DNA of 64,000 nucleotides, from the NCBI GenBank assembly GCA_015680685.1, contig MNCI01000921.1, forward strand, positions 244,423 to 308,422. The letters run 5' to 3'. Of this stretch, positions 50,401 to 64,000 are shown piece after piece; the stretch's first letter is position 1, and each line of letters begins with the position of its first letter. The position numbers and the translations under genes are program-made. This DNA comes from Gnetum montanum (lineage: Eukaryota > Plantae > Gnetophyta). The notes under the pieces were generated by a model. It was not told the origin of the DNA. It searched no databases and saw only the letters and a list, made by a program, of their open reading frames with translations.

Positions 50401-52936
50401 TTCAAAACATCATGAAAACCTTGAATTCTAAATTTTAAAGTACATTGTTCCCTCACCTCTTGAGAGAAATCTCTAGACAACCATTGCATTTTATAAGGTC
50501 TAGAATGAATATTCATTACCAAACCCAATTTAGAAACTACTCTAGAAGAATAACATTCTCTTGGTCTTCCTCATTAATTAAAATATGAATCCATTTATCA
50601 CTAAGAAAACATCTAGCCCTAATATAAAATAGCAATTTCTTAGCAAGATGGTCTCCTCTATTCATATTCCCCATGAATACACAAGAATTTATCTCAGAAA
50701 CTTTCTCAATTTTGGGAGCATTAGGATTACCTCTTTAAAGAGCTTGTCTTGATATCTCCTCCACCTTCATGATTTGTACATTTTTATCCTTAACTACCTT
50801 ATGAAGTGGACATTTCTATTATTTGTATCCCCATTCTTCACACTTGAAGCATTGAATCTATAATGAGTTGCTACCTTAACCCTTGACTCCCTTACCTTAG
50901 TACTTCTTGGATTTGTCCTTCTCATCATCCTTTTCTATCTTCTTGTTATGGCCATCAGCTTTGTCTTTAGATTTGGACTTAGAACCCTTCTCTAATTTGG
51001 ATCCCTTCTTCTTCACCTTGGAAGTTTGTTTGCCCCTATTTTTGAATTTCCTTAGTTTCTTTCAGCCTTGAGTATCAAATCATAAATCTTATTTAGAGTT
51101 TGAGGCTCATAAAAAAGATAATTCCTACTATTACATCATTTTAAGATCCACAAATAAGATTGAATCCTATTCATACTCCTCGTTCACTTTAGCTTGATGG
51201 AATAGATTACAAAATTTGATATAGAATTCTTTGATATCCTTGTCACCTTGCCTTGGGAATTTCAACTTCATCATGGTCTCTTACCTCTAATGAGACTGTT
51301 TAAATTTTCTTCTTAACTTGGATTTCATCATATTCTAATCTATGATGGGTTGACCATTTTATTTTTTATAACATTGGGATTCCTTTTTCCACTAAGTAGA
51401 ATTGACTCTTTCTAATATGGATTCAGCAATAGACATCTTCAAGTTATTGGTATCTCTTATAGCTCAAAGTGCTTGTCAAGTACCTTTAGCCAACTTGAAA
51501 AAGCACTGGTGCCATATATACCAGTAAAAGTATTCAACTCAACGTACAGAAGTCTTGTAGCATTACAAAACACTCTAGAAAATCTTACTTCATTCTCCTC
51601 ATCAAGCTTACTAGGAGAAGAAGTCATTACCAATGTTGGAGCCCTCAAAATTCTCAAATGAGGAATAGGATTACCTCTCATTAGAATCTTTGGATGTTGG
51701 ATTTCTACACTTTCATATCTAGATAATTATTCCTTATCATTTGCTCCATCTCCACCAAACTATGAAACTTCTTCATCTGAACATGAAGGCTAATCATCTC
51801 CACATGTCTAGATATGGCTGGGACTGATATTTCTATTTACCTTTGTATTGATTTCATCCAACCAAGCAACCATTAGTTGGAAGGTAGACCTCAAGCTCTC
51901 CATGTTTATATTCAAAGCTTGAACTTCTTTCTTCTTGGATGCCATATGAATTGGATAAAAATTTGCTAAAAAGTGCAAGAAAAGCTAAGCTTCAATATCA
52001 ATAATTAGCACTCCAATGTTAAATCATCTTCAACAAACTAAATCTAGATATTATGAAAAGATAATTAATTTTCTAGAAAAAAAAGAAATCTATCTATCTT
52101 TAATTATTCAAAGAGAATATTGTGATAGGGTTCCACAACTCACAAAACATCAAAACAACCTCACACACTCAAATGATGTTGTAAAGCATGAGGCTCTACA
52201 ACCATATAATAGTTGTTCTCAATGCAAGATACAACCAATTAAGAACCTCTCCCATAACCCAAGACTGAGATCTCAACTTATAAGCAAGACTAGAACACAC
52301 AAGTCAACATACAACATAATTGATGTTGGAGCTACAACCAGGTATGCATTCACTTAATGTGCTCTCTCACACTCTTGTGCAAGCTTAACACATAACATTA
52401 CATGACATCTTATCTCTCCATGGTGTATAAGTATTAAAAAAAATCCATATTTATGAACAAAGTAAGATAAAAATTCTATGAACCTTTCCCAAGCTCAACT
52501 TGAAGATCCTCTACTATTTTTCATCTTTTTTTTTTTATCTTTTATTGGCTATTTCCAAATTTGGAATGATAATTTTGGAAGTTTTTCTATCCATTCAGAT
52601 TGTCTCTAGCCTTTTTGGGATCCCTTGCTAAGATGTCTCTTGATTTTATAAGACATCCCATTGATGTCTAAGATGTCTCATCACTTTTTGAGATGTCTCA
52701 TTACTTTTTGAGATTTCTCACTTGAGATGTCTATTAAAACTTTAAGATGATTCATTCAAGCTTTCGACTAGGCCTAAACATCTTGCCTTTTGAGATATCT
52801 CTCCTAAGAGCCTAGATCTTAGACAAGATAACTCAGTGATCTCCAAGATGTCTCCATAGAGCCTTAAACCTACAAAAATACACACATAGGAAAAGCATAA
52901 TGCAATTAGAAGAGGTGTTCATATACCAATACATCA
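47475..52936 (-). mobile_element. Element F: CRM-like Ty3/gypsy deletion derivative
   Basis: Direct repeats ~47479-48452 and ~52002-52936. Degenerate Met PBS gcttcaatatcaa (51989-52001) and PPT-like tttcccacccttc (~48454). No TSD confirmed. Confidence 0.8.
48480..51945 (-). pseudogene. Element F gag-PR with RT/RH and integrase core deleted
   Basis: ATG at 51945, knuckle QCFKCEEWGY..KCP (~50810-50860), PR remnant CDVLPIDYADVILS. SPCAVPTLLMPR is fused to EHKSGKVDVVVDTSSR (49691-49903). INT tail FSVGDLVWMHLEK..SKLKPR (48747-48959) is typical of CRM. Confidence 0.8.
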
Positions 52937-53644
52937 ACAAAAAGAATTATGGTAATAATAATAGAAAAAAATGAGATAAGAAAGGAAAGAAAATTAAGAA
53001 GAAAATAATACAAAATAAAGATGAGTTTAAAATTTTAGCCCAAAGGATCGAATTAGATCTTTGGCCATCTGTGCATGAGCCTTTCATTCCTATTAAAGGC
53101 ATCATCCTTTCAAAGTAGATCACAACATGTTGCTAATCCACTACCAAGCCGATGTATGTATCTAGTAGTACTCCTTGTAGCCTCTTTGGCATCTTTAGCC
53201 TTCATAAGCTCTATTTGTAATAACTCAAGTTGGGTGTCACACTAAGTAATGTTCTTCTTTCATTCTTTCTCTTTTCTTTACACACAAACAAGAAGTAAAA
53301 CACTATGGAACATAAGAAAGGGGTATAAAAGGAACAATAGAAATAAAAATACACGTAAAAATGGAAAATTTTAATTCTAACATGAAAGTGATCATTTTCC
53401 ATCTAGAGTAGCTATTTGCAATTCAATATGTACCATGCCAAATAAGATGAACTTTCTAACTCTCCCAAATATTTGCATTGTCAAATCTCCCAAATAAGAC
53501 GGACTTTCTAAATTGATAAAAAATTTACATTTCATTGTGGAAACAAATTTGACCTTCTGAATCAAATCATTTATAAATTCAAATAACATGGTTGTGTTAC
53601 TCTTGCCTAGTTTTCCCTAAATAAATTATAATATTAATTTCAAT

Positions 53645-56600
53645 ATGGATCCTACTACTATTATTTTCAATAGTAAAGTCGTCGAACAGTCTATTCAAGA
53701 TCATCTACGATAACCATCTTTTACAACAAATTATGCTATTCATGGAGGTCATGGCAATGTATGTGGACATGGGCATGGGTGAGGCCAAGGACAAACATGA
53801 ATCATACAAAGTATAAATTTAGAATTAATGAGAATAGAGGATAAAATATGATTTTAGAAATGAGAATCAATGTGACACCAATGAGAATGATAATAGATTC
53901 AATGAGATTTATGAGTATGATTCATCCATTCATTTGTTGCATAATCATTTATACATTTTTAATATTTCAAAATAATGACATTTTTTCATTTTTCATTTCT
54001 AACTTTAACATTGCAAAATCTTCTTATTTTATTTATTTACTTATATTACAAACATTTCTTAGGTTGTATCCATTTCTAATATACTCTCACCAACTGGAAA
54101 TTCATCCTTTGGAATGATCTACTGTATTGATAATTATAATACAAATAATCAAAAAGAAATATAGGTTATCATTGCCTACCCCTATTCAAGTTCATATTTC
54201 TTTTTATTAAATATTTTATTTGTGTTTTCTAACATGATTAACTTTTGTAGCATATCATAAATGCATTCACATCTCTTATTCAACATACATCCATACCAAA
54301 ATTGTAGATGTAGAAGAACAATTGTGACAAGAGCATTGATAGGCATAGGATCATGAGAGTAAGCACCAAAAAAGCAACATTAACACAAGGAAGAATCATA
54401 TGATTGAATTCATGAAGCTTCATATGTTGCTATTATACCAAGAATGAAAGTGCATTTTTCAAAAGCAGTTCACTCTTTTCAAACTTGGAAAAGACACATG
54501 TAGAAATTGCTCAAGTAATTCAAAATTTTAATACTACAGTTATGACTTTTGCAAATACCCAATCTTGCAATGTTTGTAATGAAATGTATCTTGGCATATT
54601 ATTGGATTCAATGAGAAGTAAATTTTCAAAATACAATAGATGTATAAATGAAAAGACATAAAATATTATTAATAGTTTTGGTTGTGAGATCAAACAATTT
54701 TTTACCAAAAATAACGTAGACCCAAAAACCCAACCACCTATCCTAGCCAATTTAACTAAGATTGAAGAAATGTTAATTGTAAGAATCAATCCCATATTGC
54801 AAGTTATACATGTAGTTGATGAATAGTTTAAGTATAAGGCTCACACAATTAGCTTTTCTTAGGATGTCATAGAGATTGCTAAGAGACTTTCTCTTAGAAT
54901 TAAAGATATCCCTTTTTTTGTTTTACAAAGAGCATATCAAATGGGCATGCAGTATAATTTCATTATTAACAAGAGATAGGTTTATAATGCCTTGCATATT
55001 AAGGAAAATGATTTGTACTGTCATGATGTTGAAATTGATATGCATGCATTAGATGATATTATTAATACTAGTAAAATTTAGCTCTTTCATAACATTCCTT
55101 ATATTGCATTATCAAAAAAGCAAGGAGAAATAAAATTACAATTTCAAGATCTATTGCTTCATATAGATGAAGAAAACATTATTAGACATACATTGTTAAT
55201 TACATAGTATCTTAGTATTGTAAGGAAGGAAATGGATTTGATAAAAGCATGGTTGCATAATATGTCATTGCAGGATTTCAATGTTTCTCAATGGTCTTTC
55301 ATGTCTGATTATCCTATTAATGAGTTTAACATGATGGGGTTATTTATGATGGCATTTCCAAGTCTTTTTTCTTAAGGGAAAATGTAATGTTCTTAATTGA
55401 TAAGCTAAAGATGTCAAACTGCATAAATATGCAAAACATCTTCTTTGTTACAAAGATGATAGATTTTGATGACATAGGCATTTTAGGTAAACATCATTTC
55501 TCAACTTGTTTTTTATTTTCATTATTTCTAATTTTTTATACTTTGACATAATGATGTATGATTTATTTTTAGGTGTTATATTTATAATGTCATTAAAAGG
55601 TAATAGGCAATGAAATATGCCTCTATATTTTTTTTAAAAAAAATATTGTTGATGCATCCAACACTATTGAGAAACTACATCAGCAATTGCATAATGCTCT
55701 ATCACATGTCATTATTGATAATTTAATGTGGTATGTTACCTCTATTTATGGTACATTATCTTATTGGTGAAAATGTAAAGAAAAGCTAATTAACATGGTG
55801 AATTAATTAGCAACACCTACTATTTGTTTACTCTTGGTGTAGTAGATTTCTATTGGCCTAAGTTGCATAATTTAGTGCAAGGATATCCACCTGAGAACTC
55901 ATTATAATTTAAATGATGGAGGCAAAGTAATATTATAGAAAATCTACAATAGTGGTAGATTTCTTGCACCATAGTCAAATTGTCTTTTCAAATTTAGTTT
56001 TAATGAAGGAATTCCATGTTGTTGACTACTAGATATGATATGAGTAGCAATATCATAGATCTCCACATGTGCATGGTTTCCTACAGATACAAGGTGCTCC
56101 AATAGTAGATGAACTTAACCAAAATGAAGATGATGTCATGCATAAGACTAAGGAATTTTTTGATTCAATTACAAATGCATAGAATCCAAGATTTATAGAA
56201 AATGGGTAACCAAACAATGTAAGTTATCATTTATCTTTTATGTTCTTTTAGAAATTTTTTTCTAATATTGCTTGAAATATGCTAGAATTGTTTTTTATTT
56301 AATCTATCTTTCATTTTTTTATTTCCACTTAGACTTTATGTATAAATATGTTTCATCATCCATGTGAATTAACTACTCAACAACTACAATGTATGGATGT
56401 AGAAACTAATTATGCTTACTTTCTTAAGGCTATTCAAAGACATACGATCTACAAACGAGGTGCATGCTTAAGAAAATGTAATGGTAGAGGAGTTTGTAGA
56501 TATCATATTTGTATCAAATTTTTATTTCCTTACTATTTCCTCACCATTTCATTATTTTCTATTAGTAGTTACACTTTATTTTATCTTAGCATAAAAATTC

Positions 56601-59069
56601 TATAGATATTTATCTTTCATTTCTTTTCTTTCTAGGTACAATGTTCCTTGATCATTGTCTTTAGAATTGAGTCTTTAAAAATGTTTGAAAAATAATAATA
56701 TTATTACTTATGTTTCTTAAAGAACTAATTTGAGGCTTAATTTTCATAACAACATGTTACTTTAGACATGGAGGGCAACTACAGATTTTCACCTTATCAT
56801 GTCACAATATGTTGTCATAAAATATATTGTGAAATATGCAACTTAATCTAAGAAGAAATTACAATCTTTTCATGAAATGTTATTGAAAGTTTTAGAGTTA
56901 AGAAATCCTCATGAAGATGCTTTATCTATCTACCCAAGGCTCATGATGGATGTTGCTACAAATAGAGACATTGATGCTATAGAGGTCTATCACATGTTGT
57001 ATGAGCTTCCTTTGATAAAGCGCATGTGTGTTTTCTACACCATCAATGTTTCATGTGAGGTGTACAAATAATTTCTTATTAATTTATAGAAAATAAATGA
57101 AGGTGAAAACTACACAACTGTCATTAATATGTATAAAAAATAACCACTTTCCATGACAGGTGTATCATTGTTACAAGATTTTAGAGAGTATGATTACAAC
57201 ATGAAGAACAATGATAACTCAACTTGGAATTCACATCACTTGAATCCAAATGCTATTGTGAGATATTATCCCAAGTTTCTCATTCCATTGAAGTAAGGAA
57301 AGCACAGATGGATTGAATACTGTTGGGCTATATTATTGTTGCATTATCCATTTAGAGATATGAAGCAAGATCTTGGTTGTAATGATGATGAGATTGAAAC
57401 GAAGTGGCTCTCTATTAAACATTTGTATGAAGGATTAAAGAATAATACTAAAGAAGAATTCTAGCAAGAATTGGAGAAAGAACAATAGTTCATAGATGTA
57501 ACTCCACAGGTGCAGGATCATGAGGAGTATGATTTTAAAATACTTAATCATTATCTATTATCAACAAGTCATTTTTAGATAAAAAAAATTGAAGATGTTT
57601 GGCTTACGAGATGTTAATAGGATGTATGACTAGATGTTCCAATATCTGGAAGAGGATGTTACAAATTTTGCTATAGCCTTTATCGCCAATAATAAATCCT
57701 CTCAATCCATGATTGTCATGGATCATGACTATGATGCCTATGATTCTGATAAGATGTGTGCTAACAAAAAAAAATGCTACAGTAAAATTATAGACCACAT
57801 GCTATTTTCATAATCAATAGATAAATTTATTGCTCCTTTATGAATGTTTATCCAAAGAATAGCTAGTACAGGAAAGTCTTTTCTCATCAATGCAATTTGC
57901 AATGCTTTCATGAAGCACAGTCATGAAAAGCATAGTGCTTTACTTGTCATGGCACCCACATGAGCTACTATCCATACAAAGAAATTTTTATCCTAAATAA
58001 AATAAGTATACAATATCAAATTTCCCATGTAAGATATATAATCATTGATGAAATGAGTTCTATGAGGGGAAGACTATTACAAAGCATTGATAAATGATTA
58101 AGAGAAATATTTCCAAAGCATCATAATGAATATTTTTGAGGAAGATTAGTTATACTCATAGGAGATCTAGGTCAGGTTCCTCCTATGCTTGATGTTATGT
58201 CTTATGCATCTAGGAATCTAAAAATCGCAAGATTTTGACAATTCGTTAATACATTTGTTTTGTTAAATGTAGTTTATCATCAATCTAGAAATGATCCTAA
58301 ACAATAGAGATTTAGGAAAGTATTAATGCATACTAGAGAGGGAAAAAGCCTTGATGAAGACTATTAATTCTTGGGTGCTCAAATGAATCTTCCATTAACT
58401 TCCAATGGATTAGATGGTTTTCATTACTCAATGCATTTGTATGACACAAAGGAGAAAGTTCAATCATACAATAAGAAGATGTTGTAGAAAATGCAAAGAT
58501 CCAATACTGTATGTGTAGCAGTCAAAGATTCTTATGGATTCAAAATCTTAGATGACGAAGATGATGAGATTGAGTGATCTTTGCTTATGTGTAAAGGTGT
58601 AAGGATTACAATCATTGTTTACCTTTGGCCAAAAGTAGGATTGGTTAATGATGTGCTTACCATGGTTCATAGTATTATCTATCATCCTAGGAAATAGCCA
58701 CCTATATTACCATCTTACGTTGTTGTCGATTTTAACTCTTACATCAAATGTTCATTCGATAGTCGTAACCCTCATCATGTGTTGATTATGCATGTGGTTT
58801 AAGGAGCATTGCATCGGTTACTATTGTGGTTGGCATGGATCATGTTTATCCATAAATCTCAAGGAATGATCCTCAATAAGACAACTATTGATATAGGATC
58901 AAGAGAAGTAATGGGTCTAATCTTTATTACATTATCTATAGTCAAGAACATTGACTCTTTGAAGATTCATTCTCCATTCTCTTTGTAGAGATACAAAAAG
59001 ATTTCAAATTCTAAACATCTTCATAGTAGAATTGTAACAAAAAATTGTTTTGCTAATTCAAAATATTAG
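53645..59069 (+). pseudogene. Helitron-type Rep-helicase (DUF6570-like + HUH Rep + PIF1 helicase), intron-containing, decayed
   Basis: LANLTKIEEMLIVRINPILQV (~54742-54810) and PINEF..MAFPSLF (~55310-55370). HUH-like SPHVHGFL (~56060) and NRDIDAIEVYHMLYELPL (56877-57071). PIF1 motifs TGKSFLI (~57868), IIDEMS (~58040), GDLGQVPP (~58161) and HKSQGM (~58851). Introns include 55487-55573. Confidence 0.85.
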
Positions 59070-59380
59070 GCATCTTGAGTTCAGGATTATAGCCATATTT
59101 TCTATTCTACACCTCTATGATGTTTGTTGTAGTATTTGTGTAATGTATTCCTACATCAATGTATATGAAATATAGATAATTTTATTCTACCAATTTACCT
59201 GTACTAGTTTCTATTAGTTGGTATACCAATTTTGATATTATTGAGATATTTCAAATAATATTTCAATAAATTAAATTTTAATATAATGTTTTTTATGATG
59301 ATAATGGATAACTTTACAAAAAATAATTTAATTCTTCTCCTAGGCTACAAAATAGCTTCACAAGCTTTTATATATATATC

Positions 59381-59782
59381 AATATAAATTCACTAAGAGG
59401 ATATTATAAATTAATATTATCTATTTGAAGCTTGACTATTAGACAAGGTAATAAGATTGATGGAAGAAAAATCACTCATCCATCCTCTCTTCCTATCCCT
59501 ATTTCCCAATTTTATTACATCCTTTCAATTCAATTTGTTCTTTCGATGTTTGTTCAGGGTGTTTTTGAGCTATTATTTATGCAAGAGATTATTTAAAAAA
59601 AACACCCTAAACAAACATTGAAAGATCAAACTAGACCAAGAGTGTGTGATGAAATTTGGAAATGGGTATAGGAAGAGAGGATGGATGAGTGATTTCACTT
59701 TCATCAATCTTGTTACCCCATCCAACTGTTAAGCTCCTAAGAGATAATGTTAATTTATAAAATCCTCTTGGTCAATTCATAT
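59381..59782. mobile_element. Fold-back MITE-like element with ~185-bp inverted arms in a (TA)n tract
   Basis: Left arm aattcactaagaggatattataaattaatattatct..atcactcatccatcctctcttcctat..tgtttgttcagggtgttttt pairs with the right arm aaaaacaccctaaacaaaca..ataggaagagaggatggatgagtgat..agataatgttaatttataaaatcctcttggtcaatt. ~30-bp loop, TA repeats on both flanks. Confidence 0.8.
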
Positions 59783-60029
59783 ATATATATATATAAGCTA
59801 GTATAATAAGTACAAACATTGGAACTATAGTAGTGAGCCATGGAAAACATGTCCAAATGAAAAATGAGTAATTATTTTTTCTTCTCTCTCTCTTAATAAG
59901 TAATTCAAATTTGCAAGAAGTAATGTTTCCATCCATCAAAAAATATTGAAACCATAAAAAACTTAAATATAGTTCATTGAAAGTATTCATATGTAGATAT
60001 ACTTCTAAAAAGAGACTGTATACCACCTA

Positions 60030-63000
60030 TTGCCCATACGATGACTTGTTTAAAGATCTACGATCTTCTTTGATGTGTTAGCTTATTTTATCATTAATGG
60101 TTCCAGCATTGCCAGGGCAATGTTACCTGAGCAACAGTGGAACCAATATTATCAATGGATGTAATTAAAACACTTCCATTATTTTTGGGTTACAATACTA
60201 AGTGCCTTTCTACAGAGTTGTTAGCTTCCTTGGAAATTTATGTAGTCTCATTTTATATAAAAGGACTTTATCATGTATTGAAAAATGTTTCTTAAATATA
60301 TTCTTATCATGCAGACTCTTCATTTTTTTTTCATGATCTTTTTCTTGTCAAGTGTATGCAACTTCATTTTGTCAAGTTCATGTATTTAAGTCATTCTAAA
60401 GTCTTGATTTATTTCTTCATCAAAATTCAATTATTATGCAATCGTAAATATTAGTATTTGATTTTTATGGGCAATAAACATTATTTTCCATAAACCAATT
60501 GATAAGGTGAATAGCCTAAACTTGGTTTATATGTGATCCTATGAGCCCAAATTGCATCTTGTAATTTTTTAGACCAATCTTTTCTCTTAGCACATATGGT
60601 TTTTTTTATACCTTTAGAATGATTCTATTTGCATTTTCTACTTGACCATTTTTTTGAGGATGATAGGTAGTAGCTATCTTATATTGAATTCCACAAGACT
60701 TAAGAAATTTCTCCATTGTTTGATTTATAAAATGGATTCCTTATCGTTTATGATTGCTCATGGAGTTCCAAATCATGTTAGAATATTTTCCCTAAGAAAA
60801 CCTACAACTGCTTTAACATCATTTGTTGGGATGGCTTTAGCTTCTACCCACTTAGTGACATAGTGTATGCAAACCAAGATGTATTGACATCCATTAGAAG
60901 GTCGAAATGATCCTAAAAAGTCTATATCCCACATGTCAAATGGTTCTATTATTAAGATTGGACTTAGTGGAATTTCTTGTCTTTTTGTTATTGCCCCTAT
61001 TCTTTGAAATGTGTCATATTCCTAAACATATTCATGAGCATTTTTAAATATTGAAGGCCAATAAAATCCACTTTCCAAGATTTTTATAGCAATTCATCGA
61101 CTATCAAAATGTCCATCCCCAAGGTCATCATGACACATATGTAATATTTCTTGTTGCTCATCCTGAGCTATACATCATCTTGCTATATTATCTTTACATA
61201 CTCTATAGAGATATGGTTTATGCCAAATGTATTTGGAGATGTTTCTTGGAAAATATTTATTCTCCTATTTACTCCATGGGGTTTTCATTTTCATAATGGC
61301 AAGGTAATTTGCTATATCAATAAATCAAGGGTCTTTCTTTATTGAAAAGAGTTATTTGTCAAGGAATTCATCATTAAATACTCCTTTTGTCCTATTTTAA
61401 TCCTTGGTTTTCAATCTAGAAAGATTGCCTACCGCAACATTTTCCCTACCCCTTTTATCTAGAATGTCAAGATCAAATTCTTAGAGTAACAGGAACCATC
61501 TCATTTTCCTAGCATTTTCTATTTTTTTAGTGGCTAGAAATTTAATGGCTAAATGGTCAATGTCAACTCTAGTTTTATATCCTATTCAGTAATGCCTAAA
61601 TTTATCCAAAGCATACACAATGATCAAGAGTTCTTTTTTTGTAGTTGTATAATTTACTTGGGCTTGGTCTAGATTTTTAGAGACATAATAAATTACCCAT
61701 GGTTTATTGTCTACGTATTGTTCCAAGACTACTCCTACAACAATGTCACTAGCATTGCACATCAAATCAAATGGAAAATCCCAATTAGGTGTGTTAAGTA
61801 TAGAAGCGGTAGTTACTCTTTTCCTTATTTCAAAGAATGCTTCTTGACAATCATTAATCCATGTAAAAGGAACATCCTTTTCTAAGAGCATGTAAAGTGG
61901 CTTAGTTATTTTTGAGAATTCTTTAATAAATCGTCTATAATATCTAGCATGTCATAAAAAGTATTGAAGAGTATTTAAGTTTGTTGGAGCAAGGAGTGTA
62001 GAGATTACTTTTACTTTCTCCTCATCAATTGTTATGCCTTCCATAGAAATTACATGTCCTGAAACTACATTGCTTATGACCATTAAATGACTCTTTTTCT
62101 AACTTAATTTTAATTTTTTTGTTAATGCATCTATCTAAAACACATTCGAAGTGTTGTAATGTTTGTGCATAAGTATCCCTGCACACTGAAAAAACATCCA
62201 TGAATACTTCTACATATTCTTCCAACATATGAGAAAAAACTGATATGATATCATGGCACTTTGGAAGGTAGCAGGTGCATTACAGAGGCCAAAAGGCATC
62301 CGACAGTAAGCAAAAGTTTCATATGAACATGTAAAGATTGTTTTATGTTGATCTTCAAGCGCAATGGCTACTTGATTGTAACTACTAAGCCCATCCAAAA
62401 ATCAATAGCACTCATGCCTTTCTAATTTTTCCAAAATTTGATCTATGTAAGGTAGGGGGAAATGATATTTCAATGTTTTGGTTAAGTTTCCTATAGTCTA
62501 TAAAAACTCTCCATTTTCCTCCCTTTTTAGGAACTACAGTGATAGGGCATACCCACTCACTACTGGCTATCAAATAAATAATTTCTTCCTTCCAAAGCTT
62601 TGAGATTTCATCTTTAACAATTTGTTTTAAGGTTGGATTAATTCTTCTAGGGGGAATTCTTACCAGTTTCACATTATCTTCTAAATAGATGTGTTGTTGG
62701 CATACATTGAGTGAAATTGCTTGATGGAGGTCCTCATAACTCCATGCAAATGCCATAGACTTTCTTCTTAAACCTTCTGCCAATTTCAATTCTTGCCCAT
62801 TAGAAAGTTGGAAATTTATTATTAAGTGTTTATTTTGATCAAGGAAAATGTACTTAAGAGTGCTAGGTAATTCTCTAGGATCTAAAGAATCATTATTTGG
62901 TAGTTGGATTATTTCTCCAATATTCCCTAATCCTAAATTCAAAATTTAATCAAGAAGATTTTCTTGTTCTTTTATGAAGGGATCTAAGGATCCTTCCTCA

Positions 63001-64000
63001 AAATTGTTTAATACTAATGTTTTTCTATCTTGTGCCATTGCTAATGTCTTGTATAGAGCATTCTTGCTTCTTTTATATCTTGATTCAATTGGTCCTCCTT
63101 TCCTTCATCATATATATTAAGCATGAAAGTAATATTGGCAAAAGATAATTAGAGTTGTCCTAATCTACAACTGATTACTACATCAATCATTACTACCTAA
63201 TATGATAGGGAAATAATCTAGATCTTTTACTTCCAACACTACAAATCAACTAGATATTTTCCTCTTTCAACCTCCACTATTAAATCTTCCACTAATCCTA
63301 TGGATTTCACATTGGAGCCATCAGCCAAAGATATTATCATGTTCACTTTCATTATGTCCTCTAAATCAAGTGACCTAGCCATTTCACCTAGCATAATATT
63401 GATGCTAGCTCCTAAATCCAATAGGGCATTCTTAATATTCTTTCAATTTATCTTAATTGGAATTGTTGGAACCCCTAGATCTTGGTATTTTGGGACTTCT
63501 TGGCTTTTTATAAGTTAAGACAAATTATCAAGCAAATAAACTTATCTGGGAATTTTTTCTTTCCTCTTTTTCATGCATAATTCCCTTAAATATTTAGCAT
63601 AAAGAGGTGTGTCTTTCAACACTTGTTCTAATGGAATATGCAAATATAACTCATTAAACATTTTTTCTATATGTGCTTTGGATGTAAATTTCTCTTGCAA
63701 TTGTTTAGGGAAGGGAGGTAAAATTTTTTTCCTAGGTAAAGAGGAAAAGGTTAGTGGTTTTTCTTCTTCCCCAATTGATTGATTACTTCACTCCTTATTC
63801 ATTACATGTGGTTAATCCTTTTCTTTTATCTCAACTTCTTGAAAGATAACCTTCTTCTTAGGTCTAGGTTTAATAATTTTTCCACTCCTAGTGGTGATAG
63901 AATGAAATTGTTCCTTACCCTTCCTTTAGGATGTAGAATTTGGCTCTAGTTAAGAATGTAATTCATTCTTTTTCAGGTCTTGAAATCATCACCTGATTTC
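60030..64000 (-). pseudogene. Athila-like gag(C-term)-PR-RT-RH-INT of another element running off the window
   Basis: PR ALLDLGASINIM (63239-63430). RT WVCPITVVPKKGG..IDYRKLN, MPFGLCNAPATFQ, EVFMDVFSV. RH YTTTKKELLIIVYALDKFRHY (61586-61891). INT zinc finger HDDLGDGHF..FYWPSIF (~61050-61135) and core MWDIDFLG (~60910-60935). Confidence 0.92.

Noticed and set aside
52937-53241. Segment ending gggtgtcaca as the partner of the 45340-47383 LTR
   Set aside because: It looks like an LTR end but I could not align it to the 47383 terminus.
57840-59069. Host PIF1 helicase gene
   Set aside because: Fused downstream of Helitron Rep motifs and riddled with stops.
59795-59805. CTAG|T as the Helitron 3' end
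   Set aside because: No short subterminal GC hairpin precedes it, and CTAG is very common in this deaminated DNA.

Overview
Repeat-dense land-plant genomic DNA with no intact host gene, RNA gene or CRISPR array. It is a nest of decayed transposons with strong CG/CHG deamination. (0) 1-3614: 3' end of a plus-strand Athila-like Ty3/gypsy element. (A) 4210-45271: minus-strand Athila-like element (TSD AGCAC, tRNA-Asp PBS), swollen to 41 kb by nested insertions B-E. (B) 4973-8040: young LTR-type insertion (TSD GACCG) carrying CpG-rich gene-like fragments. (C) 15067-~34087: plus-strand Tat/Ogre-like element (gag-PR, then RT-RH-aRH-INT). (D) 23796-25389: solo LTR inside C (TSD CTAGG). (E) ~34082-40967: gag-PR-only Athila derivative. 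Beyond A lie an LTR with a Met PBS, a CRM-like deletion derivative (~47475-52936), a decayed spliced Helitron RepHel gene (53645-59069), a fold-back MITE (59381-59782) and an Athila-like pol (60030-64000). The most unusual feature is element C. An ~8 kb spacer between protease and RT holds an antisense multi-exon gene with phase-compatible GT-AG introns, arrays of a TAAACTRGCA motif bracket the spacer and pol, and its LTRs carry repeated 8-2-8 palindromes. This is a candidate retrotransposon-encoded regulator plus cognate binding sites (hypothesis only). All alignments were made by eye.
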